Positions 60,043-64,000 of a stretch of 64,000 bases of DNA are shown here, piece by piece (the stretch's first letter is position 1; the number at the start of each line of letters is the position of its first letter). The notes below the pieces were generated by a model. That model was not told the origin of the DNA. It worked only from the letters and a program-made list of their open reading frames with translations, and searched no databases. A program made the translations under genes and the position numbers. This DNA is from Acidimicrobiales bacterium (GTDB lineage Bacteria > Actinomycetota > Acidimicrobiia > Acidimicrobiales > SZUA-35): contig JAWKIO010000005.1 in assembly GCA_041394265.1 (NCBI GenBank), forward strand, positions 4,007,401 to 4,071,400. The letters are read 5' to 3'.

Positions 60043-61200
60043 GTGACCTACGCCCACCGCCCCAACATCCACGACGCCGACAGCCACCTGATGGAGGGGC
60101 TCACCTGGCTGCGAGACGCAGCCGACGCGGCCACTCGTGACCTTCTGCCCGACCTCACCCCGGCGCTCGACAAGGGTGGCAAGGGCGCGGGGAAGGCGAT
60201 CCAGCTGGGCGAGGCGCGGATCAACGACCCCGAGAAGACCGCCGCACTCGAGGAGAACGTGATCGCGTCGGCCAAGGGTTGGATGGCGCTCGGTGCGATG
60301 GACACGGCCGAGCGCACCCGCGCCCTCGACCTGCTGGGCTTCGAGTCGCAGCTGGTGTTCTCCACCTTCTCGGTCGGACTGTTCGCGTTCTCCGACGATC
60401 CGCAGGCGGTGTATGGCGGCGCAAGCGCCCACAACCGCATGATCGCCGACTTCTGTGGCGACGACGACCGGCTCGTCGGCGTCGGATTCCTGCCGCTCAA
60501 CGACACCCAACGATCGCTTGCTGCGCTCGACGAGGCGCTCGAACTGGGTTGTGGCGCAATGTGGGTGGCGCACGCCACGTCGTCGGGAAAGTCGCCGTCA
60601 CACCTCGACAACGATCCGGTGTGGGCAGCGGTGCAAGACGCCGGCATCCCGATCGTGATGCACATCGGCGCCGGCAAGAACTCGGTGTCGAAGGCGTGGC
60701 ACAACAACGGTCGGCCCCGCCCGGTCGATCTGCACGGCGGCGGCGAGAACCTGCGGGGCAAGGACCTTCCCTCGGTGCACCATGCGGCCGAGACCTACCT
60801 GAGCGCGATGGTGCTCGACGGTGTGTTCGACCGGTTCCCCGGCCTGCGCTGCGGGGTCATCGAGATGGCCGCCTCGTGGGTCCCGTCGTTGCTCAGCCGC
60901 CTCGACTACGCCGCCAAGAGCTTCGCTCGCACCGAACCGATGATCGCCGAGCTGTCGATGAAGCCGTCGGACTTCCTGCGTCGTCAGGTCCGTTTCACGC
61001 CGTTCGCCGGGGAAGACGTGGCCGAGATGATCGCCCACTCCAGTCCCGAGTTGTACCTTTTCTCGAGTGACTACCCACACCCCGAGGGCACGAAGGACCC
61101 GATCGGCAAGTTCGAGCATTCGTTCGACAACAGAGGCATCGATGCCGCCGCTCGTCAGCTGTTCTACGAGGACAACTTCCGCACCCTGCTCGGTGCCTGA
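60043..61200 (+). CDS. amidohydrolase-2 family metal-dependent hydrolase
   Basis: GTG follows GGAGA. N-terminal IHDADSHLME and C-terminal SSDYPHPEG metal-ligand motifs. Confidence 0.8.
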   Translation: MTYAHRPNIHDADSHLMEGLTWLRDAADAATRDLLPDLTPALDKGGKGAGKAIQLGEARINDPEKTAALEENVIASAKGWMALGAMDTAERTRALDLLGFESQLVFSTFSVGLFAFSDDPQAVYGGASAHNRMIADFCGDDDRLVGVGFLPLNDTQRSLAALDEALELGCGAMWVAHATSSGKSPSHLDNDPVWAAVQDAGIPIVMHIGAGKNSVSKAWHNNGRPRPVDLHGGGENLRGKDLPSVHHAAETYLSAMVLDGVFDRFPGLRCGVIEMAASWVPSLLSRLDYAAKSFARTEPMIAELSMKPSDFLRRQVRFTPFAGEDVAEMIAHSSPELYLFSSDYPHPEGTKDPIGKFEHSFDNRGIDAAARQLFYEDNFRTLLGA

Positions 61201-61251
61201 GCGGCCTTGACCGCCCGCACCGGCACGCCTGACCCTCCGGGGCGTCGTCGC

Positions 61252-61812
61252 ATGCGGGCCGATGATCGGCGCCGCCAACTGCTCGAAGTTGCGGCTGCCA
61301 TCATCGTTGCTGACGGTGCGGCGGCCGTCAGCATGGAACGCCTCGCGGCCGAGGCGGACGTGTCGAAGGCGTTGCCCTACAAACACTTCGACAACGCCGA
61401 GGCGGTGCTGGCGGCGCTGTATCGCCGCGAGACCTCCGAACTCGGTCGACACGTCTGGCAGGCGCTGAGTGACGCGCCGCCAGGGAGCGACTTGTTGCGG
61501 GTCGGGATCGGGGTCTTCCTCGACGAGATCATCGAGCGGGGACCGGTGATGGATGCCCTCTCTCGGCCCGGATCGACCATCGCCGCCGTGGCCGACCCCG
61601 ACCAGCGCGGCGTGATCTTCGAGGTCGATCTCCTGAGTCGCTTTCATGGCTTGAGCCGGGAGCGGGCAAAGGCCGTGGCCGGCATGGTGCAGGGCGCGGT
61701 GGTTGGCGCCGCCGCCACATTGCGGAGCGGCCATGGTGAGCGGGGGCAGCTCGAAGATGACCTGGTTGCTGCCATCGCCGCCATGATCCGGCCACCGGCA
61801 GGGTCCACCTGA
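61252..61812 (+). CDS. TetR/AcrR family transcriptional regulator
   Basis: RRQLLEVAAAIIVADGAAAVSMERLAAEADVSKALPYKHFDN HTH region. ATG at 61252 chosen over the track TTG at 61207. Confidence 0.8.
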   Translation: MRADDRRRQLLEVAAAIIVADGAAAVSMERLAAEADVSKALPYKHFDNAEAVLAALYRRETSELGRHVWQALSDAPPGSDLLRVGIGVFLDEIIERGPVMDALSRPGSTIAAVADPDQRGVIFEVDLLSRFHGLSRERAKAVAGMVQGAVVGAAATLRSGHGERGQLEDDLVAAIAAMIRPPAGST

Positions 61813-61882
61813 TCGCCACGGTCGGCCAACCACGCGGCCGGTTGCGCTTGCGCCGCTCGGGGGCGATCCCTAGCTTCCTTGC

Positions 61883-64000
61883 ATGTCGCCGCATCCGTCG
61901 CACGCATCCTTCGAGGGCACCATCAATCGCACGATCGGGGAGTCGACGCCGTGGTGGCCCGAACCGGTGCTGCCGCCTGAGGGGTCGCCGAATGTCATCG
62001 TGGTGTTGCTCGACGACACTGGCTTCAGCCACTTCGGGTGCTACGGCGGCCCGATCGACACGCCGAACCTCGACCGCCTGGCCGAGCGAGGCCTTCGCTA
62101 CGCCAACTTCCACACCACGGCGCTCTGCTCACCGACGCGGGCCGCGCTGCTGACCGGCCGCAACCACCACTCGGTCGGCATGCAGGCGCTGTCGAACTTC
62201 GACACCGGGTTCCCCAACATGCGGGGCCACATCGCTCCGTCGGCGGGCACGTTGGCCGAGGTGCTGGGCGATGCCGGCTACGCGACCTTCTGTCTCGGCA
62301 AGTGGCACCTCGCCCCGATGCGAGAGGCCTCGGCCGCCGGTCCATTCCGCAACTGGCCGTTGGGCAAGGGCTTCGACCGGTTCTACGGCTTCATGCAGGG
62401 CGAGACCGATCAGTTCCACCCCGAGCTGTACGCCGACAACCATCTGATCGACGCACCCGGCGGTCCCGACGACGGCTACCACCTGTCGGAAGACCTCGTC
62501 GATCAGGCGATCACGATGATCCAGAACCAGCACTCGCTCGTGCCGGAGCGTCCGTGGTTCACCTATCTCGCGTTCGGTGCCACCCATGCGCCGCACCAGG
62601 CGCCCGCCGACTACCTCGCCAAATATCGGGGTCGGTTCGACGAGGGCTGGGACGTCTGGCGTCAGCGGGTGTTCGAACGCCAGCTCGAGCTCGGCATCAT
62701 CCCTCCCGGCACCGATCTCGTTCCTCGCAACCCGGGCGTCGAGGCGTGGGATGACCTCAGCGACGACGAGCAGCGCTTCGCTTGCCGTCTCCAGGAGGCG
62801 TTCGCCGCCTTCCTCGATCACACCGATGCCCAGATCGGTCGGCTCCTGGACCGGTTGGAGCAACTCGGCATCGCCGACAACACCATGGTCGTCGTCGCTT
62901 CCGACAACGGCGCCTCACAGGAGGGTCAGGCCTCGGGAGTGATGGACGAGTTCCGCTACTTCAACAATCTCGCCGAGGACCTGCCGGCTGCCTACGCGCG
63001 CCTCGACGACATCGGCACCCGTCGCAGCTTCACCAACTACCCGTGGGGGTGGGCCCAGGTCGGCAACTGCCCGGGCAAGCGCTACAAGCAGAACACGCAC
63101 GGCGGTGGGGTCCGAGATCCGCTGATCATCTCGTGGCCGAGTGGCATCCCCGAGGCGAGCCAGGGCGGGATCCGCCGCCAGTTCCACCATGTGATCGATC
63201 TGGCACCCACGCTCTTCGAGGCCATCGGCATCGATCCGCCCGCCACGCTGGGTGGGATCGAGCAACAACCGGTCGAAGGCGTGTCGATGCGCTACACGTT
63301 CGCCGCCGAAGCGGCCGACCCCGACGCCCATCCGACGCCGAAGTCGAGCCAGTACTTCGAGATGCGCGGCCACCTCGCCATCTGGTCGGGAGGCTGGAAG
63401 GCGGTCACCTTCCACCATCCTGGCGGGACCCTCGACGACGACACGTGGGAGCTCTACCACCTCGACGAAGACTTCTCCGAGTGTCACGATCTGGCCGCAA
63501 GCCAGCCCGAGAAGCTGGCCGAACTCCAGACCATCTTCTGGTCGGATGCCGAGAAGTACGGGGTCTTCCCGATCGATGAGCGGGGCCGCTTCGGCGGCGC
63601 GTTCGCCGGACATCCGGTGCCGGGTACCCCTCGAGCCCGCGATTCGTTCGTGTACTACCCGCCGATCGTCCGGATCCCCTCTGACGGCGCACCGGCGCTC
63701 GGCTCACGGGCGTGGTCGATGCGGGCCTCGGTGGATCGGGCCTCGGCCGATGCCGGCGGAGCGCTCTTCGCCTATGGCACCGTCAACAACGGGCTCACGG
63801 CCTACCTCGACGACGGCCACCTGGTCTACGAACACAACTTCTTCCAACACCGCACGTTCGTGCGCAGCGACGCACCGGTGCCGGCGGGCAGTTGCACGCT
63901 CGGCATCGACTTCGAACGGGTGCGCAGCGGTCCGGCCCGGGTGGTGCTGTCGGTCGACGACGAGCCGGTCGGCAACGGCATCGTGCCCGAGGTGTCGATG
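61883..64000 (+). CDS. arylsulfatase (Cys-type), 3' end beyond the window
   Basis: Own translation from the ATG at 61883: MSPHPSHASFEG...NVIVVLLDDTGFSHFGCYGG...TTALCSPTRAALLTGRNHH (CxPxR sulfatase signature), ...GKWHL..., ...ASDNGAS. The frame stays open to the window end, so it is absent from the ORF track. Confidence 0.88.
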   Translation, partial: MSPHPSHASFEGTINRTIGESTPWWPEPVLPPEGSPNVIVVLLDDTGFSHFGCYGGPIDTPNLDRLAERGLRYANFHTTALCSPTRAALLTGRNHHSVGMQALSNFDTGFPNMRGHIAPSAGTLAEVLGDAGYATFCLGKWHLAPMREASAAGPFRNWPLGKGFDRFYGFMQGETDQFHPELYADNHLIDAPGGPDDGYHLSEDLVDQAITMIQNQHSLVPERPWFTYLAFGATHAPHQAPADYLAKYRGRFDEGWDVWRQRVFERQLELGIIPPGTDLVPRNPGVEAWDDLSDDEQRFACRLQEAFAAFLDHTDAQIGRLLDRLEQLGIADNTMVVVASDNGASQEGQASGVMDEFRYFNNLAEDLPAAYARLDDIGTRRSFTNYPWGWAQVGNCPGKRYKQNTHGGGVRDPLIISWPSGIPEASQGGIRRQFHHVIDLAPTLFEAIGIDPPATLGGIEQQPVEGVSMRYTFAAEAADPDAHPTPKSSQYFEMRGHLAIWSGGWKAVTFHHPGGTLDDDTWELYHLDEDFSECHDLAASQPEKLAELQTIFWSDAEKYGVFPIDERGRFGGAFAGHPVPGTPRARDSFVYYPPIVRIPSDGAPALGSRAWSMRASVDRASADAGGALFAYGTVNNGLTAYLDDGHLVYEHNFFQHRTFVRSDAPVPAGSCTLGIDFERVRSGPARVVLSVDDEPVGNGIVPEVSM

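Noticed and set aside
59831-60046. A 71-aa ORF spanning the 60-bp direct repeats; likewise 53808..54125 and 58461..58760 across other repeat blocks
   Set aside because: These are generated by the repeats themselves. They have Gly/Arg/Ser-rich low-complexity products, no SD, and lie in intergenic promoter or terminator regions.

Overview
This is densely coding, visibly GC-rich DNA (codon third positions are almost always G/C) of actinobacterial type. The gene content suggests Actinomycetota, possibly Acidimicrobiia-like: LLM/F420-type oxidoreductases, MMPL, WS/DGAT, a PIP-synthase-like gene and several sulfatases. Taxonomy cannot be verified without a search.

I support about 57 protein genes, one tRNA-Gly(UCC), a few terminator-like hairpins and five separate intergenic repeat structures. 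I recognised no rRNA, CRISPR array, integrase, transposase or phage genes.

Many track ORFs are antisense shadow ORFs or are over-extended at the N-terminus. I reset starts using in-frame ATG/GTG/TTG codons, Shine-Dalgarno-like purine runs and stop/start overlaps. One real gene, an arylsulfatase at 61883..>64000, is missing from the track because it runs off the window.

The most interesting observations are:
1. A translationally coupled operon (38168-45664) joins a 2-oxoacid dehydrogenase E1ab/E2 to a stand-alone carrier protein, an adenylating enzyme, a CxxC AhpD-like protein, a cNMP-binding protein and a beta-CASP hydrolase. It has no E3, and a ppdK gene lies divergently next to it.
2. Two orphan TPR-CHAT (caspase-like) proteins are present.
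3. Two different sulfide:quinone-oxidoreductase-type genes share an exact AT-rich 11-mer upstream. One is divergent from a TauE exporter that appears to be translationally coupled to a 14-codon leader ORF.
4. A 22-nt poly-G tract lies in the 3' end of a geranylgeranyl-reductase gene.
5. A 77-nt tRNA-shaped element has no anticodon loop.
6. A 20-bp x 6 tandem array and several phased direct/inverted repeat blocks lie in intergenic regions.

All family calls rest on motifs I can read in the translations and on recalled family knowledge. No database search was run.
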